The notes under the pieces were generated by a model that had not been told where the DNA came from, did not search any database, and saw only the letters and a program-made list of their open reading frames with translations. A DNA stretch of 64,000 bases from an uncultured Eubacteriales bacterium (lineage in GTDB: Bacteria; Bacillota; Clostridia; Oscillospirales; Acutalibacteraceae): the NCBI GenBank assembly GCA_900315785.1, contig ONAL01000010.1, positions 4,437 to 68,436 on the forward strand, read 5' to 3'. The position numbers were made by a program, and so were the translations under genes. Position 1 is the first letter of the stretch. Each line of letters starts with the position of its first letter. Below, one piece after another: positions 19,913 through 28,785 of this stretch.

Positions 19913-20802
19913 CGTTAATTTTTTCAGGACAGGGAGCTCAGTACAGCGGAATGGGCAAGGAGCTTTGCGAGTACAGCGAAGCCGCGAAGAAGGTTTTTGA
20001 TATTGCCGATTCCGTCAGAGAAGGCACCTCAAAGCAGTGCTTCGAGGGTACAGCCGAGGAACTCAGCGTCACCGTTAACACTCAGCCCTGCGTTTTCGCG
20101 GCTGATTTGGCGGCGGCTAGAGCCGTAGAGGAAAAGGGAATCAAGGTTGACTGCGTAGCGGGCTTCTCGCTCGGCGAAATCGCGGCGCTTGCGTTCTCGG
20201 GAATCCTCTCGGACGAAGAAGCGTTCAGGCTCGTGTGCAAGCGCGGCGAGCTTATGGATAAAGCGGCGAAGGCAAACCCGGGAGCAATGCTCGCGGTTAT
20301 GAAGCTTCCCGCGGACAAAATCGAGGAGGTCTGCGCAGGCTTTGACAGCACCTACCCCGTAAATTACAATTCACCCGCACAGACGGTTGTCGCCACCAAG
20401 GAGGAGAACGCCGACGCTCTCATCGAGGCTTTCTCAGAGCTCAAGGGCAGAGCAAAGCGTCTCGCGGTAAGCGGAGCGTTCCACTCTCCGTTTATGTCGG
20501 ACGCCGCAGAGGGTCTTGCGGAGTATATGAAGGACGTTTCCTTCGGCGAACCCTCCGTTCCGATTTACTCAAACTTCACGGCTAAGCCCTACGAGGGCGA
20601 CTACAAGGCGCTCGTCAAGGCTCAGGTCGAGAACCCCGTCCGCTGGCAGACTATCGTTGAGAATATGGTTGCCGACGGCGTCGATACATTTATCGAGGTC
20701 GGCGTGGGCAAAACCCTCACGGGACTTATCAAACGCATTAACGCGGACGTCAAGGCGGTCAAGGTCGAAACGCCCGACGACTTGAATTCGATAGAATTTT
20801 AA
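19900..20802 (+). CDS. fabD: malonyl-CoA:ACP transacylase
   Basis: GQGAQY and active-site GFSLGE motifs. Confidence 0.95.
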   Translation: MGKIALIFSGQGAQYSGMGKELCEYSEAAKKVFDIADSVREGTSKQCFEGTAEELSVTVNTQPCVFAADLAAARAVEEKGIKVDCVAGFSLGEIAALAFSGILSDEEAFRLVCKRGELMDKAAKANPGAMLAVMKLPADKIEEVCAGFDSTYPVNYNSPAQTVVATKEENADALIEAFSELKGRAKRLAVSGAFHSPFMSDAAEGLAEYMKDVSFGEPSVPIYSNFTAKPYEGDYKALVKAQVENPVRWQTIVENMVADGVDTFIEVGVGKTLTGLIKRINADVKAVKVETPDDLNSIEF

Positions 20803-20820
20803 TCCGAAAGGAGCTTACAT

Positions 20821-21564
20821 ATGGATTTAAAAGGTAAGGTAGCCGTTGTAACAGGCGGTTACAGCGGAATCGGCAGAGCAGTCTGCGTAAAGCTCGCGTC
20901 TCTCGGCGCGGATATCGCGATTGTCGGTATCGGCAGGGAAGAGGACAAGCAGGAGTCTGTAAAGGCTGTTTCCGATTTAGGAGTTAAGGTAGAAGCTTAT
21001 GACTGCGACGTCAGCAACTTTGAGGCAGGCGACGAGGTCGTAAAGAAGATTATCGAAGATTTCTCAAAGATTGATATCCTCGTTAATAACGCTGGTATCA
21101 CTCGTGACAAGCTTATGCTCAATATGACCGAGGCGGAGTTTGACGCGGTTATCGCGGTCAACCTCAAGGGCGCTTTCAATATGACAAAGCACGTTTACAA
21201 GCCCTTTATGCGCCAGAGAAGCGGACGTATCGTAAACCTGGCTTCAATCGTCGGCATTAACGGCAACGCGGGACAGGCTAACTACTGCGCGTCAAAGGCG
21301 GGCGTTATCGGTCTGACAAAGGCTGTAGCCAAGGAGCTCGCGGCACGCGGCGTAACCGTTAACGCGGTCGCTCCCGGATATATCGATACACCGATGACTC
21401 AGGCGCTCTCCGACAAGGTCAAGGACGAAATCGCTTCCCAGATTCCGATGAAGCGCCGTGGTCTCCCCGAGGACGTTGCGAACGTAATCGCGTTCTTGTG
21501 CAGCGACTATGCTTCCTATGTAACGGGAGAGGTAATCCGCGTAGACGGCGGTATCGCAATGTAA
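20821..21564 (+). CDS. fabG: 3-oxoacyl-[ACP] reductase
   Basis: SDR motifs TGGYSGIG, NNAG, YCASKAG. Confidence 0.95.
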   Translation: MDLKGKVAVVTGGYSGIGRAVCVKLASLGADIAIVGIGREEDKQESVKAVSDLGVKVEAYDCDVSNFEAGDEVVKKIIEDFSKIDILVNNAGITRDKLMLNMTEAEFDAVIAVNLKGAFNMTKHVYKPFMRQRSGRIVNLASIVGINGNAGQANYCASKAGVIGLTKAVAKELAARGVTVNAVAPGYIDTPMTQALSDKVKDEIASQIPMKRRGLPEDVANVIAFLCSDYASYVTGEVIRVDGGIAM

Positions 21565-21600
21565 TTAAATGTTAGTAACCTTAAGAAAGGCATTGGTATT

Positions 21601-22830
21601 ATGAGTAGAAGAGTAGTTGTTACCGGTATCGGCGCGGTAACTCCCGTCGGCAACGATATCCCCACAATGTGGAAGAATATGCTTGACGGAGTTTGCGGCA
21701 TTGATACGATAAAGAAATTTGACACCGAAGGTTTAGCGGTCAAGATTGCGGGCGAGGTCAAGGACTTTGACCCCACAACGGTAATCGAGAAGCGCGACGT
21801 CAGAAAAACCGATATGTACACGATTTTTGCGCTTGCGGCGGCACGAGAGGCAGTCGAGGACAGCGGAATTATCGGAACAGTCGAGCCCACACGTCTGGGC
21901 TCCTACATAGGCGCAGGTATCGGCGGACTCTATACCTTCTATGAAAACGCTCAGGGAATGATTGAGAAGGGACCCAGAAAGGTAAGCCCCCACTTCATCC
22001 CCAAGATGATAGGCAACATCGCCACAGGTCAGGTAGCTATCAAGTATGACGCGAAGGGACCGTCGCTCTCCACAATGTCAGCCTGCGCGTCGGGCTCCAA
22101 CTCCGTCGGAGAGGCGTTCCACGCGGTTAAGGACGGCTATGCCGACGCGGTTATCGCAGGCGGCGCCGAGTGCGTTGTACATCCTCTGACAATCGCGGGC
22201 TTCGCGAATATGAAGGCTCTTTCCACAACCGAGGACCCCAAGAAGGCGTCAATCCCCTTCGACGTAAAGCGCAACGGCTTTGTAATGGGCGAGGGCGCGG
22301 GCGTTCTTATCCTTGAGGAATACGAGCACGCCAAGGCGCGCGGCGCTAAGATTTACGCCGAGATGATAGGCTACGGCAACACCTGCGACGCTCACCACGT
22401 TACGGCTCCCGACCCCGAGGGCGAGGGACTTGCTCAGGCAATCCGCGTAAGCTTTGCCGAGGGCAACGTCACCGACGACGATGTAGTATATCTCAACGCT
22501 CACGGAACCTCAACTCCGATGAACGACAAGACCGAGACAATGGCTGTCAAGAAGGCTCTCGGCGACAAGGCCTATGACATCAGCATCAGCTCCACCAAAT
22601 CTATGACAGGTCATATGCTCGGCGCGACAGGCGCAATCGAGGCGATTGTAGCTGTTCTGGCAGTTCACGACGGCAAGATTCCGCCGACAATCGGCACCGA
22701 CGAGCTCGACCCCGAATGTGACCTCGACTACACACTCGGTCAGGCAAAGGACAGAGACATCACAGTTGCCGCGAGCACAAACCTCGGCTTCGGCGGTCAC
22801 GATACCTGTCTCGTTTTCAGAAAAATCTAA
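21601..22830 (+). CDS. fabF: 3-oxoacyl-[ACP] synthase II
   Basis: Active-site Cys (SACASG), HGTSTP and GHMLGATG motifs. Confidence 0.95.
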   Translation: MSRRVVVTGIGAVTPVGNDIPTMWKNMLDGVCGIDTIKKFDTEGLAVKIAGEVKDFDPTTVIEKRDVRKTDMYTIFALAAAREAVEDSGIIGTVEPTRLGSYIGAGIGGLYTFYENAQGMIEKGPRKVSPHFIPKMIGNIATGQVAIKYDAKGPSLSTMSACASGSNSVGEAFHAVKDGYADAVIAGGAECVVHPLTIAGFANMKALSTTEDPKKASIPFDVKRNGFVMGEGAGVLILEEYEHAKARGAKIYAEMIGYGNTCDAHHVTAPDPEGEGLAQAIRVSFAEGNVTDDDVVYLNAHGTSTPMNDKTETMAVKKALGDKAYDISISSTKSMTGHMLGATGAIEAIVAVLAVHDGKIPPTIGTDELDPECDLDYTLGQAKDRDITVAASTNLGFGGHDTCLVFRKI

Positions 22831-22844
22831 CGGAGGATTGAAAA

Positions 22845-23303
22845 ATGATAGATATTGAAACACTCAAGGAATATATAAAGGTGCTCGAGGACAGCTCTCT
22901 CGCCGAAATCGAAATCGGCGACGACGAGAACAATATCCGTCTGGCTAAGCCGACGGTCGATTCTCCCGTGGTTGCGTTCAACGCTCCGAACGCTTCGGTA
23001 CCCGCAGCTCCTGTTTCGGCTACTCCCGCTCCTGCCGCACCCGCTGCTCCCGCGGCTCCTGCTGTCAGCGGCAAGACAATCAAGAGCCCCATGGTCGGCG
23101 TGTTCTACGCCGCTCCGTCTCCCGAAAAGCCCGCTTATGTCAGCGTAGGCGACAAGGTCAGCAAGGGCGACATCGTCTGCATTATCGAGGCGATGAAGAT
23201 TATGAACGAAATCACAGCTGAGGAGAGCGGAACAGTTTCCGAAATCCTCGTCAATAACGGCGACGTTGTCGAGTTCGACCAGCCGCTGTTCAGAATTTCC
23301 TAA
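22845..23303 (+). CDS. accB: biotin carboxyl carrier protein
   Basis: Ala/Pro linker and biotinyl-lysine motif EAMKIMNEI. Confidence 0.95.
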   Translation: MIDIETLKEYIKVLEDSSLAEIEIGDDENNIRLAKPTVDSPVVAFNAPNASVPAAPVSATPAPAAPAAPAAPAVSGKTIKSPMVGVFYAAPSPEKPAYVSVGDKVSKGDIVCIIEAMKIMNEITAEESGTVSEILVNNGDVVEFDQPLFRIS

Positions 23304-23313
23304 AGGTGCAATT

Positions 23314-23733
23314 ATGTTAAATCAAGAACAGATTAAAGAGATTATCCCCCACCGCGACAATATGCTGCTCGTTCAGGAAGCCGAGAAGGTCGACGACACA
23401 ACTTCCTTCGGCAGATATACCGTAAGCGGCGACGAGTTCTTCCTCAAGGGACATTTCCCGGGCAACCCCGTTGTTCCGGGTGTAATCCTCTGTGAGATGA
23501 TGGCTCAGTCGAGCTGCGTAATGCTCGCCGACAAGTGCAAGGGCAAGACCCCTTACTTCACCAAGATGGACAACGTAAAGTTCAAGGGTATGGTAAAGCC
23601 GGGCGACACGCTCGAGACCACATGCACGCTCACACGCTCGAGGGGCAATTTCTACTTCATCAGCGCCAAGGGCTCGGTTAACGGCAAGCTCTGCGTAAGC
23701 GCGGATTTCAGCTTTGCGCTGATTGATAACTGA
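23314..23733 (+). CDS. fabZ: 3-hydroxyacyl-[ACP] dehydratase
   Basis: IPHRDNMLLV and GHFPGNPVVPGV; ATG 23314 chosen (upstream in-frame part overlaps accB). Confidence 0.95.
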   Translation: MLNQEQIKEIIPHRDNMLLVQEAEKVDDTTSFGRYTVSGDEFFLKGHFPGNPVVPGVILCEMMAQSSCVMLADKCKGKTPYFTKMDNVKFKGMVKPGDTLETTCTLTRSRGNFYFISAKGSVNGKLCVSADFSFALIDN

Positions 23734-23748
23734 TTTGGATGTGAAGAA

Positions 23749-25104
23749 ATGTTTAGTAAAATACTCATTGCGAACCGCGGAGAAATCGCGGTGCGCATTA
23801 TTCGCGCGTGCCGCGAAATGGGAATCGAAACCGTAGCGATTTATTCGACCGCGGACAAGGACGCTATGCACGTTCAGCTCGCCGACGAGAGCTACTGCGT
23901 GGGCGGAGCAAGGGTTGCCGAAAGCTACCTCAATATGCCCGCTATCCTCACGGTTGCGATGGAGAGCGGCGCTCAGGCGATTCACCCGGGTTACGGACTG
24001 CTTTCCGAGAACGCGAAGTTTGTCAAGCTCTGCGAGGAGTGCAACATCGAGTTCATCGGTCCCACCTCGGATATGATTAACCTGCTCGGCGACAAGGATA
24101 TGGCGCGAAAGACCATGCGCGCGGCAGGCGTTCCCGTTACTCCCGGTACAGATGTGCTCGAGGACGTCGAGAGCGCAAAGGTTCTCGCCGAGGAAGTCGG
24201 TTATCCGCTTCTTATCAAGGCTCGTTCGGGCGGCGGCGGACGCGGAATCCGTCTCGTTTCCACTCCCGAGGAATTTGAAAACGCATACAACAGCGCTTAT
24301 GCCGAGGCTCAGGCGGCTTTCGGTGACGGCGCGCTTTACATAGAAAAATTCTTGAAGCCTGTCAAGCATATCGAAATGCAGCTTCTCTGCGATAAGCACG
24401 GCAACGCGATTTGCCTGGGCGAGCGCGAATGCTCCGTTCAGCGCCATAACCAGAAGCTTATCGAGGAGAGCCCGTCTCCCTCGATTTCAAGTGAGACCAG
24501 AAAGGCTATGATTGACGCGGCGGTCAAGGCGGCTCACGCCGTCAACTACAACTCTGTAGGTACCGTAGAGTTCCTCTACGACAAGGACGGCAACTTCTAC
24601 TTTATGGAGATGAACACCCGTCTGCAGGTTGAGCACGGCGTTACCGAAATGGTAACGGGTATGGATATCGTCCAGTGGCAGATTCGCGTCGCCGCGGGTA
24701 TTGAGCTCAACCGAGCTCAGGAGGACGTTTACTTCCACGGTCACGCTATCGAGTGCCGTATCAATGCCGAGGACTCCGAGCACAACTACCGTCCGTCCTG
24801 CGGAACAATCACGGGACTTCACGTTCCGGGCGGTTCGTTTGTGCGCTTCGACACCGCGCTTTATCAGAACTACTCCATTCCGCCGTTCTACGATTCAATG
24901 GTCGGCAAGGTCATTGTTCAGGGCAGAACGCGCGAGCTTGCAATCAGGAAAATGAAGATGGCGCTCTCCGAGCTTTCGATTATCGGAGTAACCGTCAACC
25001 GCGACCTGATGATTGATATTCTCTCGGAAGAGGAGTTTCTCGACGGAACCTACACCACCGACTTTATGGAAGGTTTTGAAAAGAGAAAGAGCGAGAAAAA
25101 ATAG
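23749..25104 (+). CDS. accC: biotin carboxylase
   Basis: KILIANRGEIAVRIIRA, glycine-rich GGGGRGI, EMNTRLQVEH. Confidence 0.95.
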   Translation: MFSKILIANRGEIAVRIIRACREMGIETVAIYSTADKDAMHVQLADESYCVGGARVAESYLNMPAILTVAMESGAQAIHPGYGLLSENAKFVKLCEECNIEFIGPTSDMINLLGDKDMARKTMRAAGVPVTPGTDVLEDVESAKVLAEEVGYPLLIKARSGGGGRGIRLVSTPEEFENAYNSAYAEAQAAFGDGALYIEKFLKPVKHIEMQLLCDKHGNAICLGERECSVQRHNQKLIEESPSPSISSETRKAMIDAAVKAAHAVNYNSVGTVEFLYDKDGNFYFMEMNTRLQVEHGVTEMVTGMDIVQWQIRVAAGIELNRAQEDVYFHGHAIECRINAEDSEHNYRPSCGTITGLHVPGGSFVRFDTALYQNYSIPPFYDSMVGKVIVQGRTRELAIRKMKMALSELSIIGVTVNRDLMIDILSEEEFLDGTYTTDFMEGFEKRKSEKK

Positions 25105-25122
25105 ATTTACGAGGTAATCTAA

Positions 25123-25983
25123 ATGGATTTGTTTACATTTATAAAGCCTAAAAACGCGCTTGAAGGCGAGGACGCCGACGTCAAAAAGCCTTATGTTCCC
25201 GACGAAATGTGGGAGAAGTGCCCCGAATGCGGCACGCTTCTGCTCACCACCGACGTCGAGGAGAACTATCAGGTATGCTCCAAGTGCAACCATCACTTCC
25301 GTCTCAACGCGCGCAAGCGAATTGAGATGACCGCCGACAAGGACAGCTTTGTCGAGATGGACGCCGAGCTCGAGAGCGAGAACATCATCGATTTCCCGGG
25401 CTACGACGAAAAGCTCGAGAAGAGCCGACAGAGAAGCAAGGAAAAAGAAAGCGTTATCTGCGGCACCTGCAAGCTCGACGGAATCGAGGTTGTGCTCGTC
25501 AGTATGAATTCGGAGTTTATGATGGGCTCTATGGGTACGGTCACAGGCGACAAGATTACGCGCGCCTTTGAATATGCTACCGAAAAGAGACTTCCGATTA
25601 TCGTGTTCAGCGTTTCGGGCGGAGCAAGAATGCAGGAGGGTATTCTCTCGCTTATGCAGATGGCAAAGACCTCGGGCGCTGTCAAAAAGCACAGCGACGC
25701 GGGACTTTTGTATATCACGGTTCTCACCGACCCCACCTCGGGCGGCGTAACGGCGTCGTTCGCTATGGAGGGCGACATTATTCTTGCGGAGCCCAAGGCG
25801 CTTATCGCCTTTGCGGGTCCCAGAGTTATTGAGCAGACTATCCGTCAGAAGCTCCCCAAGGACTTCCAGACCGCTGAGTTTCTGGAAGCAAAGGGCTTTG
25901 TGGACAAGGTTGTCGACAGACGCGACCTCAAGGATACTCTCGTAAGTCTTCTGAAGATACACAACTACGGGGAGGTGGAGTAA
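25123..25983 (+). CDS. accD: acetyl-CoA carboxylase carboxyltransferase beta subunit
   Basis: N-terminal Cys4 zinc ribbon (CPECG...CSKCNHH) and carboxyltransferase domain. Confidence 0.95.
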   Translation: MDLFTFIKPKNALEGEDADVKKPYVPDEMWEKCPECGTLLLTTDVEENYQVCSKCNHHFRLNARKRIEMTADKDSFVEMDAELESENIIDFPGYDEKLEKSRQRSKEKESVICGTCKLDGIEVVLVSMNSEFMMGSMGTVTGDKITRAFEYATEKRLPIIVFSVSGGARMQEGILSLMQMAKTSGAVKKHSDAGLLYITVLTDPTSGGVTASFAMEGDIILAEPKALIAFAGPRVIEQTIRQKLPKDFQTAEFLEAKGFVDKVVDRRDLKDTLVSLLKIHNYGEVE

Positions 25984-26766
25984 ATGAGCGCATATGATAA
26001 GGTAATGGCGGCTCGCGACACGGGCAAGCTCACCTCTGTGGATTACATCAACGCGCTTTTCGGCGACAGCTTCATCGAGCTCCACGGCGACCGCGGCTTT
26101 GCGGATGACAAGGCGGTTGTCGGCGGCGTCGGAATGCTCAACAATATCCCCGTCACTGTTATCGGACTTGAAAAGGGCAGAAACACCAAGGAGCGTATGG
26201 AGCGCAACTTCGGCGCGGCTCATCCCGAGGGCTACCGAAAGGCTCTCAGACTGATGAAACAGGCTGAAAAGTTCCACCGTCCCGTGCTCTGCTTTGTAGA
26301 TACAAGCGGCGCGTTCTGCGGAATTGCCGCTGAGGAACGCGGACAGGGTCACGCTATCGCGACCAATCTTATGGAGATGATGGCGCTCAAAACCCCCGTA
26401 CTCTCGGTATTTATCGGCGAGGGCGGCTCGGGCGGCGCGATTGCGCTGGCTGTTGCCGACGAGGTCTGGATGATGGAAAACGCCGTCTACTCGGTCATTT
26501 CTCCCGAGGGCTGCGCGAGCATTCTCTGGAAGGACAGCTCCAAGGCTGCCGAAGCCGCGGAATGTCTCAAGATGACCGCCAAGGATTTGTTTGACCTCGG
26601 CGTTGTCGAGCGTATTCTCAGAGAGCCCGTCGCAGGCGACCAGAAGATGTTCGAGAGCTTGAAGCTCCTCATCTGCCGTACGTTTGAGAAGAACTTAGCT
26701 GTCGAGCCCGAGAGACTCGCTCAGCTCAGATACAACCGATTCAGAAAAATCGGACAGAAAAAATAA
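25984..26766 (+). CDS. accA: acetyl-CoA carboxylase carboxyltransferase alpha subunit
   Basis: IGEGGSGGAIALA motif; start abuts accD stop. Confidence 0.95.
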   Translation: MSAYDKVMAARDTGKLTSVDYINALFGDSFIELHGDRGFADDKAVVGGVGMLNNIPVTVIGLEKGRNTKERMERNFGAAHPEGYRKALRLMKQAEKFHRPVLCFVDTSGAFCGIAAEERGQGHAIATNLMEMMALKTPVLSVFIGEGGSGGAIALAVADEVWMMENAVYSVISPEGCASILWKDSSKAAEAAECLKMTAKDLFDLGVVERILREPVAGDQKMFESLKLLICRTFEKNLAVEPERLAQLRYNRFRKIGQKK

Positions 26767-26770
26767 AATC

Positions 26771-26797
26771 AGCCGACTCGTCCGAGTCGGCTTTTTT
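26771..26797 (+). terminator. rho-independent terminator of the fab/acc operon
   Basis: AGCCGACTCG-t-CGAGTCGGCT followed by TTTTTT. Confidence 0.85.
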
Positions 26798-26802
26798 GCG
26801 GG

Positions 26803-26991
26803 TTACATTCTGAGGTTCCCCGCAAGCTCGATGATGTAATTCCTGATTTCGTCCGTGGTTCTCAGCTCCCTTGCCTTCTGCAGAACGCGCTTCTGCTTGC
26901 GCGGCGGAAGCTCGCTGACGTACTTCATAGCGCAGAAATTCTTGCTCAGAGCCTGCTCGAAGCCCTCGGGCAGCTCACTGTTAAACAACAT
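26803..26991 (-). CDS. small hypothetical protein (62 aa)
   Basis: ORF with GAGGTGA 4-5 nt upstream of ATG, but that SD lies inside the mreB terminator hairpin; basic/helical sequence, family not recognised. Confidence 0.4.
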   Translation of the reverse strand: MLFNSELPEGFEQALSKNFCAMKYVSELPPRKQKRVLQKARELRTTDEIRNYIIELAGNLRM

Positions 26992-26994
26992 AAA

Positions 26995-27027
26995 ATCACC
27001 TCTGTCTTATTGTAGGACAGAGGTGAT
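26995..27027 (-). terminator. terminator hairpin downstream of mreB
   Basis: On minus strand ATCACCTCTGTC-ctacaataa-GACAGAGGTGAT followed by TTTT. Confidence 0.7.
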
Positions 27028-27050
27028 GATTTTATACCGTGGATATTAAA

Positions 27051-28076
27051 TTAATATGCCGCCATAAGGGGATTTATGTCCACCTTCGCGGTCTTTTCGA
27101 CTTCGCCGATGTACTGAATCGCCTCGCCGCAGCCGAGAATAACGCAGTCCTCGGGATTGTCGGCAACCGTGACCTTAACGTCGGTGTAATCGGCAATCAG
27201 CTGGGCAAAGCCCGTGATTTTCGCGAGAGCTCCCGTGAGCAGAATTCCGTCGGAGTAAACGTCGCCGACAAGCTCGGGAGGAGTTTTCTCAAGCACATCC
27301 TTGACAGCCGCGACAATCTCCATAGCGGGCTCCATAATAACTTCCATAATCTCACTCGCCGTAACGTCGACATATCTCGGAAGTCCTCCGAGCGCGTCAC
27401 GACCCTTTACGCGGAAAGCGATTTCCTGTTCGGGCTTCATCAGACAGCCGATTGTATTCTTGCACCTCTCAGCCATCGGGTTTCCGATAACGAGCGAATA
27501 CTCGCGCTTCATATATTTAACGATTTCGTCGTCCATTCTGTTGCCGCCGACCTTGATTGTCTTGCTGACGGCAATTCCGCCGAGCGAGAGCACGCCGACG
27601 CTCGAGGTTCCCGCGCCGAGGTTCGCTACCATCGTTCCGTGAGGTCCCATAATATCGGCGCCCGCGCCCATAGCCGCCGCCTTGGTGTTCTCGATGAGGT
27701 AAACCCGTCTTACACCGAACGAGCTGATTGCGTTTACAACCGCGCGCTTCTCAACCTCGGTAACGTCCCCGGGGATAGAAGCCACAACTCTTGGCATAAC
27801 AATCTTGCTTGTGCAGATGTGCTTCATAAGTATATTTACCATATCCTCAACGAGCAGCGACTGCGCGATAACGCCGTCTATAATCGGGTATTCAGCGTGG
27901 ATGCTGTCGGGGGTTTTGCCGAGCATTGCGTACGCCTCGTCGCCGACCGCGATAATCTTGTTCTCGGCTACGTTGTAGGCGGCGACGCTTGCTTCGTCAA
28001 GCACCTTACCCTTTTTATCAATAAATAATCTGGTGCGGCTGCTGCCTAAATCTATACCTATATCCAAATCTGACAC
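27051..28076 (-). CDS. mreB: rod-shape determining actin homologue MreB/Mbl
   Basis: GIDLGSSRTR phosphate-1 motif, full-length actin-like ATPase of about 340 aa. Confidence 0.9.
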   Translation of the reverse strand: MSDLDIGIDLGSSRTRLFIDKKGKVLDEASVAAYNVAENKIIAVGDEAYAMLGKTPDSIHAEYPIIDGVIAQSLLVEDMVNILMKHICTSKIVMPRVVASIPGDVTEVEKRAVVNAISSFGVRRVYLIENTKAAAMGAGADIMGPHGTMVANLGAGTSSVGVLSLGGIAVSKTIKVGGNRMDDEIVKYMKREYSLVIGNPMAERCKNTIGCLMKPEQEIAFRVKGRDALGGLPRYVDVTASEIMEVIMEPAMEIVAAVKDVLEKTPPELVGDVYSDGILLTGALAKITGFAQLIADYTDVKVTVADNPEDCVILGCGEAIQYIGEVEKTAKVDINPLMAAY

Positions 28077-28094
28077 CCCTTTTCTGTTTATTCC

Positions 28095-28123
28095 ATTATA
28101 TTCTATAGCCTTGATAATTTCAA
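28095..28123 (-). promoter_or_regulatory. sigma-A type promoter for mreB
   Basis: Minus strand reads TTGAAA, 17-nt spacer, TATAAT. Confidence 0.55.
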
Positions 28124-28146
28124 GCGAAATTTGTTAAATATTGGTA

Positions 28147-28785
28147 TTATCTGCCGCAAACGGACGCGCAGTACAGCTTTTTGGCTCCTGCCTTTTCAAG
28201 CACCTTACAGCATTCGCCCAGGGTGCAGCCCGTTGTGGAGATATCGTCAACCACAAGCACGGTTTTACCTTTTATTCTTTCCGTTTCAACCGCCTTATAT
28301 ACGCCCTTCACGTTAGCTTTTCGCTCGAGGCTTGACAGCTCGTGCTGAGTTTTGTTCTTTTTGTGCTGAATCAGCTGTCGTCTGCACGGAATCGACAGGA
28401 TTTTTGACATCTGCCGAGCCAGCAGCTCCGCCTGATTGTAGCCGCGCTTGATTTGCTTTGCTCTGCGCATCGGTACAAAGGTGATGAGGTCGATTTCGTC
28501 GCCGTATTCAGCCTTTACGCATTTGCAAATCTGCGCCGCGAGACCCTTGTCATATTCGGGCCTACTGTAGAATTTGAAGTTGTTGACAGCCTTGCGGAAA
28601 ACACCCTCGTACCGAAACGGCGCAACGCACCTGTAGCCGCCCACAACGCGGTTTTTTCGGTATTCCTTCGGGAAGAGCGTCCCGCAATTCTTGCAGTAAA
28701 GCTTGCCCGAGGGAACGGTTCGTCCGCAGTACGGACATCTGTCGCAGAAGAAAGCCGAGATAATCAGCTCAAAAATCTTAATCAC
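28147..28785 (-). CDS. comFC: ComF family phosphoribosyltransferase-like protein
   Basis: N-terminal Cys pairs (CDRCPYCG...CKNCG) and PRTase motif VLVVDDISTTG; overlaps recD2 stop. Confidence 0.85.
   Translation of the reverse strand: MIKIFELIISAFFCDRCPYCGRTVPSGKLYCKNCGTLFPKEYRKNRVVGGYRCVAPFRYEGVFRKAVNNFKFYSRPEYDKGLAAQICKCVKAEYGDEIDLITFVPMRRAKQIKRGYNQAELLARQMSKILSIPCRRQLIQHKKNKTQHELSSLERKANVKGVYKAVETERIKGKTVLVVDDISTTGCTLGECCKVLEKAGAKKLYCASVCGR

Noticed and set aside
23317-26352. Very long antisense ORFs (376 aa and 485 aa) opposite fabZ-accC-accD-accA
   Set aside because: These are shadow frames of highly conserved sense genes. They show no independent start signals and no recognisable motifs.
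27039-28028. 329-aa ORF antisense to mreB. The same phenomenon occurs with the 479-aa ORF at 35178-36617 opposite rlmD and the ORF at 30296-30979 opposite recD2.
   Set aside because: The sense-strand genes are unambiguous. The antisense products are Arg/Leu/Val-rich with no domain signatures.
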